64,000 nucleotides of DNA. It comes from an uncultured Odoribacter sp. Lineage in GTDB: Bacteria > Bacteroidota > Bacteroidia > Bacteroidales > Marinifilaceae. Positions 20,747 through 31,560 of this stretch are shown piece by piece. The notes under the pieces were generated by a model. That model made no database searches. It had not been told where the DNA came from and worked only from the letters and a program-made list of their open reading frames with translations. The stretch covers positions 4,524 through 68,523 of the forward strand of contig CAJUQA010000014.1 of assembly GCA_910588375.1 (NCBI GenBank). The letters run 5' to 3'. Numbering within the stretch: position 1 is the stretch's first letter; each line of letters starts with the position of its first letter. Made by a program: the position numbers and the translations under genes.

Positions 20747-22429
20747 ATGATCTTAACAAAATTGACTTTGCCGGAATTGCTCAGAAACAGTTGTTCTAAA
20801 TTCAAAGACAACCTTTCTCTCAATTTCGTCCAATCCGGAAACAGAACCTACCAGGATTTATATAATGAAGTAATCGCCCTATCCAATTATTTACTGAAAT
20901 GCGGTATCCAGAAAGGGGACAAGATAGCTATCCTGAGTGCAAATATGCCCCAGTGGGGAATTACCCAATTCGCAGTGGCCAGTATCGGTGCTGTTGCAGT
21001 TCCCGTATTACCGGGATTCAGCACGACTGAAATACAGAATATTCTTCAACATTCAGAGGCGAAAATGATTTTCGTTTCAAAGCTGCTTTACAAATTAGTG
21101 GCAGACATCCAAACGGATTTTCTGGAACAGAAGATTTTGATGAATACCTTTGCCCGTATTCCGGAAAATTATCCGAGTGAAGATATTGAAAAACTCAACA
21201 CTCCCGCATTTCAAAACAATACAACTCCGTTACCCGATTTCGACATCCGGGAAGAGGATACGGCCTCCATCATTTATACTTCGGGAACAACCGGATTCTC
21301 CAAAGGGGTTGAACTTACCCATAAAAACCTGGTATGGAATGCCCGACAATGCAGTACCATACAGCATGTGGGAGAAAGCGACCGTTTTTTGAGTATCCTT
21401 CCTTTGGCACATACCTATGAAAACACATTAGGCTTATTGTTACCTTTGATGTTCGGGGCCAGAGTATTCTATCTCGACCGGGTTCCGACTCCCAAACTTC
21501 TGGTACCGGCCATGCAGAAAATCAGACCGACGGTTATTCTGTCCGTACCTTTGGTAATTGAAAAAATATACAAAACCCAGATATTGACGAAATTCACGTC
21601 AAACCGCTGGATAAGTACCCTATATCGCATTTCTTTCGTCCGGAAATTTCTGAATCGGTTGGCAGGAAAAAAATTAATGACTACTTTCGGAGGAGAACTC
21701 CTGTTTTTCGGTATCGGCGGTTCCAAGCTGGACCCGACAGTTGAACGTTTTCTCCACGAAGCCCGTTTCCCCTATGCTATTGGTTACGGTCTGACGGAAA
21801 CATCACCGATGTCTGCCGGCAGCAATCCGTCCCAGACATTTTTACAGGGAGTAGGACCGGTCATGGAAGGCGTACAGATTCAAATTCACAACGCCGACGA
21901 AAAAGGAGAAGGGGAAATCTGGATCAAAGGCCCCCATGTCATGAAAGGCTATTACAAAAAACCGGAACTGACAAAAGAAAGTATCACGGCCGACGGCTGG
22001 TTTAAAACCGGAGACCTGGGTTCATTTGACAAGAAAGGCCGACTGTCTATCCGGGGACGAATAAAAACAATGATTCTGGGTGCTTCCGGAGAAAATATCT
22101 ACCCGGAAGAAATCGAATCCATTATCAACAATTTCCGGTGTGTCAATGAGTCATTAGTGGTTGAATGTAAAGGGAAATTGGTCGCCATGGTTCATTTCAA
22201 CATGGAAGAACTGGAAAAACAGTATAAAAAATTGAAAAACCAGGCGGGGACTTACAAAAATCTGATAAACGATTACATAGAAGAACAAAAACGGGAATTG
22301 CGGGAATACGTGAACAGCCGGGTCAACAATTTTTCCAAACTCCAGTTGGTCATGGTTCAAAGCGAACCCTTCGAAAAAACGCCGACCCAAAAAATCAAAC
22401 GCTTTTTATACCAGAAATTAAGTCTCTAA
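20747..22429 (+). CDS. AMP-dependent long-chain fatty-acid--CoA ligase
   Basis: AMP-binding signature IIYTSGTTGFSKGVELTH, plus GYGLTETS and WFKTGDLG motifs. Confidence 0.8.
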   Translation: MILTKLTLPELLRNSCSKFKDNLSLNFVQSGNRTYQDLYNEVIALSNYLLKCGIQKGDKIAILSANMPQWGITQFAVASIGAVAVPVLPGFSTTEIQNILQHSEAKMIFVSKLLYKLVADIQTDFLEQKILMNTFARIPENYPSEDIEKLNTPAFQNNTTPLPDFDIREEDTASIIYTSGTTGFSKGVELTHKNLVWNARQCSTIQHVGESDRFLSILPLAHTYENTLGLLLPLMFGARVFYLDRVPTPKLLVPAMQKIRPTVILSVPLVIEKIYKTQILTKFTSNRWISTLYRISFVRKFLNRLAGKKLMTTFGGELLFFGIGGSKLDPTVERFLHEARFPYAIGYGLTETSPMSAGSNPSQTFLQGVGPVMEGVQIQIHNADEKGEGEIWIKGPHVMKGYYKKPELTKESITADGWFKTGDLGSFDKKGRLSIRGRIKTMILGASGENIYPEEIESIINNFRCVNESLVVECKGKLVAMVHFNMEELEKQYKKLKNQAGTYKNLINDYIEEQKRELREYVNSRVNNFSKLQLVMVQSEPFEKTPTQKIKRFLYQKLSL

Positions 22430-22438
22430 CTATAAAAA

Positions 22439-22470
22439 TAAGTCCGGATAAATCCGGACTTATTTTTTTA
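22439..22470. terminator. bidirectional intrinsic terminator between convergent genes
   Basis: TAAGTCCGGA-TAAA-TCCGGACTTA perfect hairpin, flanked by A-run (left) and T-run ATTTTTTTA (right). Confidence 0.55.
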
Positions 22471-22471
22471 T

Positions 22472-23038
22472 TTATCTCACATAAAAATCAAGAAGGCATT
22501 TGCCATTCAAGCCCATTTGCAAGCGATCACCGATTTTTAGACCTTTATAACGGAAAGGATTTCCACAATAAAAAAAATCACCGATTTTTATCATGTAATA
22601 TCCGGAAGCCAGAGAGACGAACTGGTCTACATTTACCGGCAAATCAGAAGCTTTCCCCGCGAAAACAAGATTTCCATTTATTTTCAAATAGTATTCCGCC
22701 TTTCCACCCGTATAATTTTCCATAACACTCAATGCCGCCGATTCATCAAAAGAAGAAGCCACCCCGCAAGGCAATCCTTTCGTCTTCAAGGATTGTTCCA
22801 AAGTATCGGCATAAAAGCGGATACCAACCCCTATTTCATTGTAATAGCGGGATGCGAAACGTCCGGAAAAGCCTTTCCCCAATTTACAAGCCTTCAAAAC
22901 CAGCTGAGGCACACAACTCACCTCCTCCGTGAAAGCAGGAAAATAAAAATCATTATTATTTCTGAGTAGTGCATTGTCTCCTACCACACTCAACGTCATT
23001 TCCACAGCAGAGCTATATTCCGCACACAATAATTTCAT
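22472..23038 (-). CDS. hypothetical protein, weak resemblance to the FAH (fumarylacetoacetate hydrolase) fold
   Basis: 188 aa. The C-terminal IKIGDFFYCGNPFRYKGLKIGDRLQM loosely resembles the FAH 'GD..tGTP.G...l..GD' region. The functional call is tentative. Confidence 0.3.
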   Translation of the reverse strand: MKLLCAEYSSAVEMTLSVVGDNALLRNNNDFYFPAFTEEVSCVPQLVLKACKLGKGFSGRFASRYYNEIGVGIRFYADTLEQSLKTKGLPCGVASSFDESAALSVMENYTGGKAEYYLKINGNLVFAGKASDLPVNVDQFVSLASGYYMIKIGDFFYCGNPFRYKGLKIGDRLQMGLNGKCLLDFYVR

Positions 23039-23040
23039 GG

Positions 23041-23625
23041 TTACTCCTGTTTAAAAAGCAGTTCGTTAAGATTCCGTTTCGGTACATGGTGTATCTGTTC
23101 CGCATCTCTCCAATATTTAAATTCATTCTCCCGCATCTCTTCGATAACAACTGTTTCGCAAGGTTTTCCCAACGCAATGACATAATTTATTTTCACATAG
23201 TCGGGCAATTGCAATATCTCCCGGAGTTTTTCATTCTGAAAAGCTTTAATCACACACCCGCCATACCCTTTCTCTACAGCTGCAAGCAAAATCGTCTGAA
23301 TCTGAATACCGTCATCACACAGGCAATTTTCCGAAATACGCGTATCCAGCAATTGAATCAGATAAGCAGACGGCCTCTCTCCTTTTTCAGGGCCATCCCA
23401 ATCGGTCAAATATCCCGCCCAGGCCAAGGTATTAAATACTTTCTCACACATCTCTTCTTTTCGAACCGAAATATATTTCAATGGCTGCGCATTCCGGGCA
23501 GAAGCACAGAAACGCGTCAGTCCCACCCATTCCTCCAATTGTTCCTGCGGTATACGCTCATCTTCACGAAAACGGCGGTAGCTCCGATTACTACTCAATA
23601 AATTTTTAAGCATTTCTTTTTCCAT
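23041..23625 (-). CDS. nitroreductase family protein
   Basis: SNRSYRRFREDERIP...SARNAQPL is the typical FMN-nitroreductase N-terminal motif; length 194 aa. Confidence 0.7.
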   Translation of the reverse strand: MEKEMLKNLLSSNRSYRRFREDERIPQEQLEEWVGLTRFCASARNAQPLKYISVRKEEMCEKVFNTLAWAGYLTDWDGPEKGERPSAYLIQLLDTRISENCLCDDGIQIQTILLAAVEKGYGGCVIKAFQNEKLREILQLPDYVKINYVIALGKPCETVVIEEMRENEFKYWRDAEQIHHVPKRNLNELLFKQE

Positions 23626-23786
23626 TTGCTCTATATTTAACCTTTCAAGAGAATCTTAAACTTTTGACTTTCGAGTATTTATTGTAGATTTGTCCGGTCA
23701 AAATTAATAACAAAAATTCAAAGGATTTTATAAAAAACCGTACTTTCATTAATCAGATAACCTAATTTATTAAATCCGGAATACAT

Positions 23787-26600
23787 ATGTCTTCGTTTTT
23801 ACATTTACTTGCCGCCGATTTACTCGGAAAGTATCCGAACTTCGAAGATATTACCATCATTTTCCCCAACAAACGAGCCGGATTGTTCTTAGCCGAAGAG
23901 CTTTCCCGCCTCATAGAACGTCCCACGTGGATGCCGAAAATCATCACGCTGTCCGATTTCATCCGTGAACAAACGGGACTCCGGAAACCGGACGATTTAA
24001 TCCTGATTATCAAACTGTACAAAACCTACCAACAGATCAGCGGTAATGAGGAAAAATTTGAAGACTTCTACTTTTGGGGCAATATGCTGCTGAACGACTT
24101 TGACGACATCGACAAATACCTCGTCGATGCCAAAGACCTTTTTTCCAATCTGACCGCTTTAAAAAACTTAGAATACAATTTTCCCTATCTTCAACCGGAA
24201 CAGATTGAAGTCATCAAAAAATTCTGGTCGACATTCAATCCGGAGAAATACAGCAAAGAACAGCAGGAATTCTTAAAAATCTGGGACAAACTCCATGCCC
24301 TTTACTCAACATTCAAAACATCCCTGTTTGAAGAAAAAATCGCTTACGAAGGAATGACGTTACGTCACTATCTGGAGCATATCGGGGAAACAAACCACAA
24401 GGGCATCGTGATTTTCGCCGGCTTCAATGCCTTGAATCTGTGCGAGAAACAGATTTTTTCCCATTTTCAAAACACACGCCAAGCCTTTTTTTACTGGGAT
24501 TACGACTTGTATTATTCAGCCGATGAACACCACGAAGCAGGAAAATATATCCGGGAAAATCTGCGCCTTTTCCCCAATGAATTAGGCAAAGAACATTTCA
24601 ACCAATTCAAATACAACGGAAAAAATATCGAATTTATTTCCGTCCCTTCCTCCATCGGACAAGCCAAACTTATTCCGGAACTTCTTCACGACGTATCTCC
24701 CGAGGAGTACACTCAAACCGCCATTGTACTGTGCGATGAACGCATGCTGCTGCCGGTGATGCACTCCATCCCGGAACACATCGGAAAAATCAATATTACG
24801 ATGGGATATCCGGCACAGAATACCTCCGTCGCTTCCCTTATCCATTTATTGGGAGACCTCCGGAAATATGCCAAAAGCGGAACAAACGGAAATTATTACT
24901 ACTATAAACCGGTGATCGCCCTGCTTAACCACAAATTAATCAAAGATGCCTGCCCCGGGGAAATCGACAGAATCACCGACTATATCAATAAAAAAAATAT
25001 CGTATACGTTGCAGGGAAACACCTTCATTTCAATGCCCTCACACAAGCCATTTTCTCTGCGGAGAAGCCTCAAACTATCGATTATATACTTTCTATTCTG
25101 CAACTTCTTTTACAGACGCTGAACGGGAAAGAAGAGCAATTCCATCCGATTGAAAAGGAATTTATTTTTCAAATTTTCACCCAATTACAAAGTCTGCAAA
25201 ATACATTTGCCGAAGAAGGCATCGAACCGGAAGACAAACTCTATCTTCAGATTATCAACAAAGTAATCCATTCCGTTACGATCCCGTTTTCTGGCGAACC
25301 ACTGGAAGGCCTGCAACTAATGGGACTGATGGAGACCCGTATGTTGGATTTCAAAAAACTGATTATTTTATCAGCCAACGAAGGAATTCTCCCCAAAACG
25401 TCCACCACCCCCTCTTTCATCCCCTATAATCTCCGCTTCGGTTTCAGACTACCCACACCGGAACATCAGGATATTCTTTTCGCTTATTATTTCTACCGGC
25501 TGCTGCAACGGGCAAAAGACATACACATCCTATACACGACGACCGTAAAAGGCATGAATGGCGGCGAAATGAGCCGCTATCTCTATCAGATTAAATACGA
25601 ATCCGGACTGCCGTTGAAAGAAAGCAATTTCCAGAACCACATATCCGTTTCAGACCATCCTTTACCGGAAATACCCAAAACGCCCAATGTTCTGAACAAA
25701 TTGTATCCGTACGGAGAATCGGAAGAACACCCGCTTTCTCCATCCGCACTGAATACATATATTGACTGCCCGCTGAAATTTTATTTCAAATATCCCGCAG
25801 GCATAAAGGAAAAAGAAGAAATAGCAGAAGAATTAGACCACCGGTTGCTCGGAAACATATTCCACGAATGCGCCGAATCCCTGTATGCAACTGTATCTCA
25901 AGGAACCGTTACACCTGAAATCATTGACCATTTTCTGCACAATCCGAAACTTCTCGACGAACACATCAAACATTCCTATCTGAATTTCTATGACCAACAG
26001 GTCTCCCGATTGATTGACAGCGGAAGCAACGAACTTATCCTGACTATCATTCGCAAATATCTTATTCAGATGTTCCGCTACGACCGCCAGATTGCCCCAT
26101 TCCGGCTGATTTCAATGGAAAAGAAATACAGTTTTCCCATTCTTATTGACACGGGAACAACGACCCGAACAATCCACATCGGCGGTATCATCGACCGGAT
26201 AGACGAAACGGAACAAGCAATCCGCATCATCGATTATAAGACGGGAAGCGATACCACCACATTCAAAAATATCGAATCCCTTTTTGACGGAACGAACCCC
26301 ACACGCAACAAAGCAGCTTTTCAGACCATGCTGTATTGTTTGATGTTCGGGAAAGAAAGGCAAAACACCCCCCTGCAGCCCGGTATTTACAGTACCAAAT
26401 TACTCTTTACCCCCGACTATTCTCCTTTATTAAAAAACGATAAAGAGCCTATTGTCAATTTTGAAAGATATAAAGATGAATTTGAGGGTCTACTGAAACA
26501 ACTGTTGGAAAAACTCTTTTCTCCCGACGGTGCGTTCACCCCGACCACCAATGAGAAGAAATGCCGCACCTGCCCCTACTCTATCATCTGCCGGAAATAA
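23787..26600 (+). CDS. AddB-like PD-(D/E)XK nuclease with a C-terminal Fe-S cysteine cluster
   Basis: 937 aa. Nuclease motif IRIIDYKTG, with cysteines at YIDCPLKF and at the extreme C-terminus KKCRTCPYSIIC (C...CxxCx5C 'iron staple' pattern). The N-terminus lacks a Walker A motif (IIFPNKRAGLFL). Confidence 0.65.
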   Translation: MSSFLHLLAADLLGKYPNFEDITIIFPNKRAGLFLAEELSRLIERPTWMPKIITLSDFIREQTGLRKPDDLILIIKLYKTYQQISGNEEKFEDFYFWGNMLLNDFDDIDKYLVDAKDLFSNLTALKNLEYNFPYLQPEQIEVIKKFWSTFNPEKYSKEQQEFLKIWDKLHALYSTFKTSLFEEKIAYEGMTLRHYLEHIGETNHKGIVIFAGFNALNLCEKQIFSHFQNTRQAFFYWDYDLYYSADEHHEAGKYIRENLRLFPNELGKEHFNQFKYNGKNIEFISVPSSIGQAKLIPELLHDVSPEEYTQTAIVLCDERMLLPVMHSIPEHIGKINITMGYPAQNTSVASLIHLLGDLRKYAKSGTNGNYYYYKPVIALLNHKLIKDACPGEIDRITDYINKKNIVYVAGKHLHFNALTQAIFSAEKPQTIDYILSILQLLLQTLNGKEEQFHPIEKEFIFQIFTQLQSLQNTFAEEGIEPEDKLYLQIINKVIHSVTIPFSGEPLEGLQLMGLMETRMLDFKKLIILSANEGILPKTSTTPSFIPYNLRFGFRLPTPEHQDILFAYYFYRLLQRAKDIHILYTTTVKGMNGGEMSRYLYQIKYESGLPLKESNFQNHISVSDHPLPEIPKTPNVLNKLYPYGESEEHPLSPSALNTYIDCPLKFYFKYPAGIKEKEEIAEELDHRLLGNIFHECAESLYATVSQGTVTPEIIDHFLHNPKLLDEHIKHSYLNFYDQQVSRLIDSGSNELILTIIRKYLIQMFRYDRQIAPFRLISMEKKYSFPILIDTGTTTRTIHIGGIIDRIDETEQAIRIIDYKTGSDTTTFKNIESLFDGTNPTRNKAAFQTMLYCLMFGKERQNTPLQPGIYSTKLLFTPDYSPLLKNDKEPIVNFERYKDEFEGLLKQLLEKLFSPDGAFTPTTNEKKCRTCPYSIICRK

Positions 26601-26603
26601 AAA

Positions 26604-26630
26604 AAGAAGCCTTCCGGCTTCTTCTATTTT
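26604..26630. terminator. bidirectional intrinsic terminator between convergent genes
   Basis: GAAGCC-TTCC-GGCTTC hairpin (26606-26621) with AAAAA upstream and TTCTATTTTTT downstream. Confidence 0.5.
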
Positions 26631-26852
26631 TTAATACTCATCTTCGTTGAAGAAAAAATCATCCTTGCTCGGATAATCGGGCCAGATATCTTCGATACTT
26701 TCGAAAATTTCTTCATCGTCTTCGATATCCTGAAGGTTTTCGATCACTTCCAACGGCGCCCCCGAACGGATAGCGTAATCTATCAATTCGTCTTTAGAAG
26801 CCGGCCACGGCGCATCTTCCAGTTTAGATGCAAGTTCAAGAGTCCAGTACAT
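26631..26852 (-). CDS. DUF2795-like small acidic protein
   Basis: 73 aa. WPASKDELIDYAIRSGAPLEVIENLQ matches my recollection of the DUF2795 core. Confidence 0.5.
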   Translation of the reverse strand: MYWTLELASKLEDAPWPASKDELIDYAIRSGAPLEVIENLQDIEDDEEIFESIEDIWPDYPSKDDFFFNEDEY

Positions 26853-26984
26853 AATTGCTCTGCTTTAAATGTTGGCATTCCTATTTTGCCGCAAAAGTAT
26901 ACTTTTTATAAGAATAAACAATACCCATTCTTGAAAAATACATATAAAAAGAATTAAAAACGCCGGTACATGCACTCCAATCGG

Positions 26985-28769
26985 TCATTCATCGGAGAAA
27001 TGTTGCAGTACCCGCCGGTATGTATTGAATATCTTGGCTTTCGACACGAAACCGACATATTTGCCTTCCTGGATTACCGGAAGATTCCAGGCGCCGGTAT
27101 CCTCAAATTTCTTCATCACCGCATCCATCAAATCCTCCACATTGACAATCGTCGGGGGCGTCGTCATATAATCCCGCACATACGTCGTGGCATATAAATC
27201 CTGGTTAAACATGATTTTACGGATATCGTCCAGCAACACTATTCCCAACAATTCATTGTTGGCATCCACGACCGGAAATATATTCCGGCTGGAACGGGAA
27301 ACAATCTTTACCAAATCCCCCAAAGTGGCATCTACCGACACAGTTTTCAAATCCGTTTCAATCACTTTATTCAGCTTCATCAAAGTCAATACGGCCTTGT
27401 CTTTATTATGGGTAATCAAATCCCCTTTCATGGCCAACCGGCGCGCATATATCGAATGAGGCTCCATTCCCCGACCGGTCAGATGAGCCATGACCGAAGT
27501 AATCATCAAAGGTACAAGCAAGGAATAGCCCCCCGTAATTTCCGCAATCAGGAACATGGCGGTCAAAGGCGAATTCATCACACCGGACATCACTCCCGCC
27601 ATCCCCGCCAAAACAAAATAGCTCACAGGCACCGTAGCGATTCCCGACAGATTAATCAAGGTAGCCACCAAATACCCCCCGATACCTCCCGTAAACAAAC
27701 TGGGGGCAAAAACACCGCCGACACCGCCGCTTCCGTTGGTCAAAGCCGTAGCTATCACTTTTACAAAAAGCAGCCCGATGACATACAGGACAATCATAAA
27801 AGCACTGCTTTTAAAATCAAAGAAATACGTATTTTTTAAAATATTGTCCGCATTGTCGGTCAGTAAATCCTGCAAGGCAGTATATCCCTCGCCATATAAA
27901 GGCGGGAAAGCATAAATCAACAATCCCAGCAACGCCCCTCCTACCGCCACCTTTTTAAACGGATTCCTCATATTCGCCACAAACTGCTCAATCCGTATAT
28001 TCATGCGGATAAAATACACCGACAGAAAACCGCAGCAGATACCGAGAATAATGTAATAGGGCACATTGGCCAGCGCAAAATGGTCATGCACCGCAAAATT
28101 CAGCACAATACCGTCCCCCATCATAAAATAAACGAGGACATACGAAGAAATAGCCGAAATCATCAGCGGTATCAACGAAGCCATTGTCAAATCCAACATC
28201 AGGACTTCAAGAGTAAACACGATACCCGCAATAGGCGCTTTGAATATTCCGGCAATGGCTCCCGCCGCCCCGCAACCGATCATCAGAGTCATCACTTTGT
28301 AGTTCATCCGGAAAAAGCGCGCCAGATTAGAGCCGATAGAAGCCCCCGTCAAAACAATGGTTGCCTCCGTACCCACCGAACCACCGAAACCGATAGTAAT
28401 GGTACTCGCAATCATGGAAGAATAATTGTTATGAGGCTTAATCATGCTGTTCCGCCTGGAAATAGCGTACAATACTTTCGTCACCCCGTGACTGATATCT
28501 TCCCGCACAAAATAACGGACAAAAAGAGAAGTAAGACATATCCCGATAAAAGGATAAATAAAAAACAGGAGACTCCCGCTGTCCACCTGAAGGCGTTCCG
28601 TAAAAAACACATGGGTGAAGTGCACCATATTCTTCAGCAAAATAGCTGCCAATCCCGACACGATTCCCACCAACAGACTCAGTACCAGGATAAAATTCTT
28701 TTCCTTCACATACTTCACCCGCCAAATCAGAAAACGTCCGAACCAACTGCTCTCACTGCCCTCAGCCAT
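26985..28769 (-). CDS. ClC-family voltage-gated chloride channel/antiporter with C-terminal CBS pair
   Basis: Selectivity-filter motifs GGSVGTEAT, GIFKAPIAG and GGVFAPSLF. The C-terminal ~130 aa form two CBS-like repeats. Confidence 0.85.
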   Translation of the reverse strand: MAEGSESSWFGRFLIWRVKYVKEKNFILVLSLLVGIVSGLAAILLKNMVHFTHVFFTERLQVDSGSLLFFIYPFIGICLTSLFVRYFVREDISHGVTKVLYAISRRNSMIKPHNNYSSMIASTITIGFGGSVGTEATIVLTGASIGSNLARFFRMNYKVMTLMIGCGAAGAIAGIFKAPIAGIVFTLEVLMLDLTMASLIPLMISAISSYVLVYFMMGDGIVLNFAVHDHFALANVPYYIILGICCGFLSVYFIRMNIRIEQFVANMRNPFKKVAVGGALLGLLIYAFPPLYGEGYTALQDLLTDNADNILKNTYFFDFKSSAFMIVLYVIGLLFVKVIATALTNGSGGVGGVFAPSLFTGGIGGYLVATLINLSGIATVPVSYFVLAGMAGVMSGVMNSPLTAMFLIAEITGGYSLLVPLMITSVMAHLTGRGMEPHSIYARRLAMKGDLITHNKDKAVLTLMKLNKVIETDLKTVSVDATLGDLVKIVSRSSRNIFPVVDANNELLGIVLLDDIRKIMFNQDLYATTYVRDYMTTPPTIVNVEDLMDAVMKKFEDTGAWNLPVIQEGKYVGFVSKAKIFNTYRRVLQHFSDE

Positions 28770-28806
28770 AATTTTCCACTGTAAGAAAGGTTAAACACGC
28801 GACTGA

Positions 28807-29940
28807 CTATCGCACAATCTTATTAATACTTTTTATGGAACCGTACTGCGGATAGAATTCCAATTGCAATCCTTCCCCGCTGATTACATCCGTCGGAAAC
28901 TTCTTAATCATACCCAACTGGGGAATAACACTACGGAAGCACTGCAACTCCTCAGTCAGCCGGACAAGCTTCACGTCGGCCACGGCCGGTACCCGGTAAT
29001 AGACCACCGACTGCGTCGGTTCCGCCTGCATTTCTGCCGCAGCCGGAACAATCACCCGTTCCGCTACCAAACTATAGGCCGTAGCCGAAACATTTTTCCT
29101 ATCGACAAACCCCTCCGAACTACTGAACCGGAAAGCCACCACCGCTTCATTTTCCTTTTCTATGGTACAAACAAATACCCGTTCAAAACTCTGTTTCACT
29201 TTCTTTCCCATGAAAAGGCTCAGATAATCCTGTTCCATTCGGTCGAACTCTTTCAGAATCACCTGCAACGACTTCCCGTCCGGCACTTCATTCTCGGCTG
29301 CCAGTAACTTCACCCGTTCCGAACGAATCCGGAATATCTCTCTGACAGCTTCCGCCATCAGGTCCCGTTTCGTTTTGGGTTTATAACTTATAATGGGATC
29401 CCAGATACGTTTCACCACACCGTCGATTTCCTGCTCCACATAATTCGTATCCAATATCTCTTTCAAAGGATTGTATGTACGCAAATCCGTCATCCTGATT
29501 TCCCGTTGCCGCCCCCCTTCCTGAGCCCGGTACTCCATCCCTTCCATCTGCGCTTTCATTGTCACAGAACCGGCAGCAATACCGGCCAAAAATCCTTCCG
29601 GACTCAAACTCAACATAACCGAACCGTAATCGCCCGTCGCAGTCATCGAATACACCGTCTTTTCGTCAGGTACGGAAAAAGGAGTCACCTCTACGGACTT
29701 TATCTCCCACTGTTCCTTCAATGCCGTAACTTCCGGTTTCATTCCCAACTCTTTTTCCGCAAACTCCGCATAAGGACCGGGGATATGGCGCACCGCTTCC
29801 GCCTTCACCTTCACCTTATATGAGACTTTCGGCAAACAATAGCTGACCGTCACAGGCGTATTGATTTCTTTCTTCTTTTGGGCGAAACTCCCCGAAGTCA
29901 TTAAAATTCCACAAACCAGAATGAATACGATTCTTTTCAT
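28807..29940 (-). CDS. hypothetical secreted protein (possibly DUF4831-like)
   Basis: Signal peptide MKRIVFILVCGILMTSGSFAQ. No recognisable catalytic motif. The family name is a weak recollection only. Confidence 0.4.
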   Translation of the reverse strand: MKRIVFILVCGILMTSGSFAQKKKEINTPVTVSYCLPKVSYKVKVKAEAVRHIPGPYAEFAEKELGMKPEVTALKEQWEIKSVEVTPFSVPDEKTVYSMTATGDYGSVMLSLSPEGFLAGIAAGSVTMKAQMEGMEYRAQEGGRQREIRMTDLRTYNPLKEILDTNYVEQEIDGVVKRIWDPIISYKPKTKRDLMAEAVREIFRIRSERVKLLAAENEVPDGKSLQVILKEFDRMEQDYLSLFMGKKVKQSFERVFVCTIEKENEAVVAFRFSSSEGFVDRKNVSATAYSLVAERVIVPAAAEMQAEPTQSVVYYRVPAVADVKLVRLTEELQCFRSVIPQLGMIKKFPTDVISGEGLQLEFYPQYGSIKSINKIVR

Positions 29941-29961
29941 AAAACAAAACAGTATATGTTA

Positions 29962-31464
29962 CTATTCCAATATTTTCCAAGCCTTTCCCATGGTTTCCGC
30001 CACTTTTCCAGCACAAATGCCGCGCATTCCGTTTTCCTCCGCAACAATATCTCCCGCCAAACCGTGAGCAAACACGCCAATCATCGCAGCTTCTCTTGCC
30101 TCTATTCCCGAGGCCAGCAACGCTAACAGAACTCCCGTCAACACATCCCCCATTCCTCCCTTGGCCATTCCCGGATTACCGGTCATGTTAAAATAGCACT
30201 TCCCCTCCGGCGTCGCAATCACGGTATGGGCTCCTTTTAAAATCATCACAACCCCATAGTGATGTGCAAAATTGCTTAAATTATTTAATCTCTCAAAATC
30301 ATTTCCACTTTTTCCTGCCAATCTCTCAAATTCTTTCGGGTGGGGCGTCAGGATACTGCCTGCCGGCAAAAGCGGAAGTAATGCCCGGTTTTCCGCCAAT
30401 ACATTCAAAGCATCGGCATCAAGCACCAGTTTTCCCCGCCAGCGCATCAGCAATTCTTCCAGCGCTTTCACCGTTAAAGCGTCCTTGCCTATGGCAGGAC
30501 CACATCCTACGGCAGCATAACGTCCCAGGTCTCCAAGACAAGAAAAACAATATTCCGAACGGTCGGTTTCTATCAAAGCTTCGGGCACCGTCGACTGCAG
30601 GATTTCCACACCCGCCCGCGGCACATGACAGGAAAGCAAACCGACTCCGGACCTCACGGCCGCTTGGGCTGCCAACACAGCCGCACCCATCATATACCGG
30701 CTACCGGCAATAAGCAAAGCATGGCCGTTCATCCCTTTGTGGGCAAAAACCGAAGGCCGCGGCAATAAATCCCGAACCAGCTCCTCCGACAGATAATAAT
30801 ACTCCGTTTCCACCCCGGCAATACCCTGCGGATGCAAACCGATATCCAACACCTGCCACTTCCCGACAAAGGGTTCATTTTCCGGCAACATAAATGCCAA
30901 TTTGGGAAATTGGAACGTCAGTGTATAATCCGCCCGCACAATAGCCTCCCGGTCATTCTGCGAATTATCCTCCCCCATCAATCCGGACGGCATATCGACA
31001 GCCACTACCCGGTTCGGCAACCCGTTTACTTTCCGTATCAGCTCTCGGGCCCTACCGGTCACTTTCCGGTCGAGTCCCGTCCCGAACAAGGCATCCACAA
31101 TCCAGACTTCCGGATGCGGCTGAAATGCCGCCGCATCCGCCAATTCAATCCGCTCCCCTCCCCATCTCCGGCTATTTTGTTCGCATTCCGGTGATTTCAA
31201 TGTCCCCGGCAACTGATACACAACAACTTCATAGCCTTTTTCGCTCAACAAACGGGCTATGACATACCCGTCACCTCCATTGTTCCCTTTTCCGGCAAGT
31301 ACCGCTATTTTCACCTTTCCCGGAAAAATTTCCACCGCTTTTTCAACCCACCTCCCGGCTGCCCTTTCCATCAGTTCAAGAGAGGTTACAGGCTCGTTTT
31401 CAATCGTATAGCGATCCACATCAGCCACATGACCTGCCGGAATTATCTTCTTCAATCCATTCAT
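29962..31464 (-). CDS. nnr: bifunctional NAD(P)H-hydrate repair enzyme (epimerase + ADP-dependent dehydratase)
   Basis: YjeF_N motif AGKGNNGGDGYVIARLL and the C-terminal carbohydrate-kinase motif GNPGMAKGGMGDVLTG. I use the start MNGLKK at 31464, because the 22 extra codons in the track ORF look non-homologous. Confidence 0.85.
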   Translation of the reverse strand: MNGLKKIIPAGHVADVDRYTIENEPVTSLELMERAAGRWVEKAVEIFPGKVKIAVLAGKGNNGGDGYVIARLLSEKGYEVVVYQLPGTLKSPECEQNSRRWGGERIELADAAAFQPHPEVWIVDALFGTGLDRKVTGRARELIRKVNGLPNRVVAVDMPSGLMGEDNSQNDREAIVRADYTLTFQFPKLAFMLPENEPFVGKWQVLDIGLHPQGIAGVETEYYYLSEELVRDLLPRPSVFAHKGMNGHALLIAGSRYMMGAAVLAAQAAVRSGVGLLSCHVPRAGVEILQSTVPEALIETDRSEYCFSCLGDLGRYAAVGCGPAIGKDALTVKALEELLMRWRGKLVLDADALNVLAENRALLPLLPAGSILTPHPKEFERLAGKSGNDFERLNNLSNFAHHYGVVMILKGAHTVIATPEGKCYFNMTGNPGMAKGGMGDVLTGVLLALLASGIEAREAAMIGVFAHGLAGDIVAEENGMRGICAGKVAETMGKAWKILE

Positions 31465-31560
31465 TCCTATCTGTTCAAACGTTTTAAAATCGAAAAATAA
31501 ATAAAAATTCTTACATTTGCCTTCGTGCATAAATTAATAATAACTTAAATAATTAAATCC

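Noticed and set aside
22969-23601. 210-aa + strand ORF
   Set aside because: It is antisense to the nitroreductase and the FAH-like gene and has no recognisable domain.
28080-28784. 234-aa + strand ORF rich in His/Arg/Gln
   Set aside because: It lies entirely antisense to the well-supported ClC channel gene and is low-complexity with no motif. It is a typical shadow ORF.
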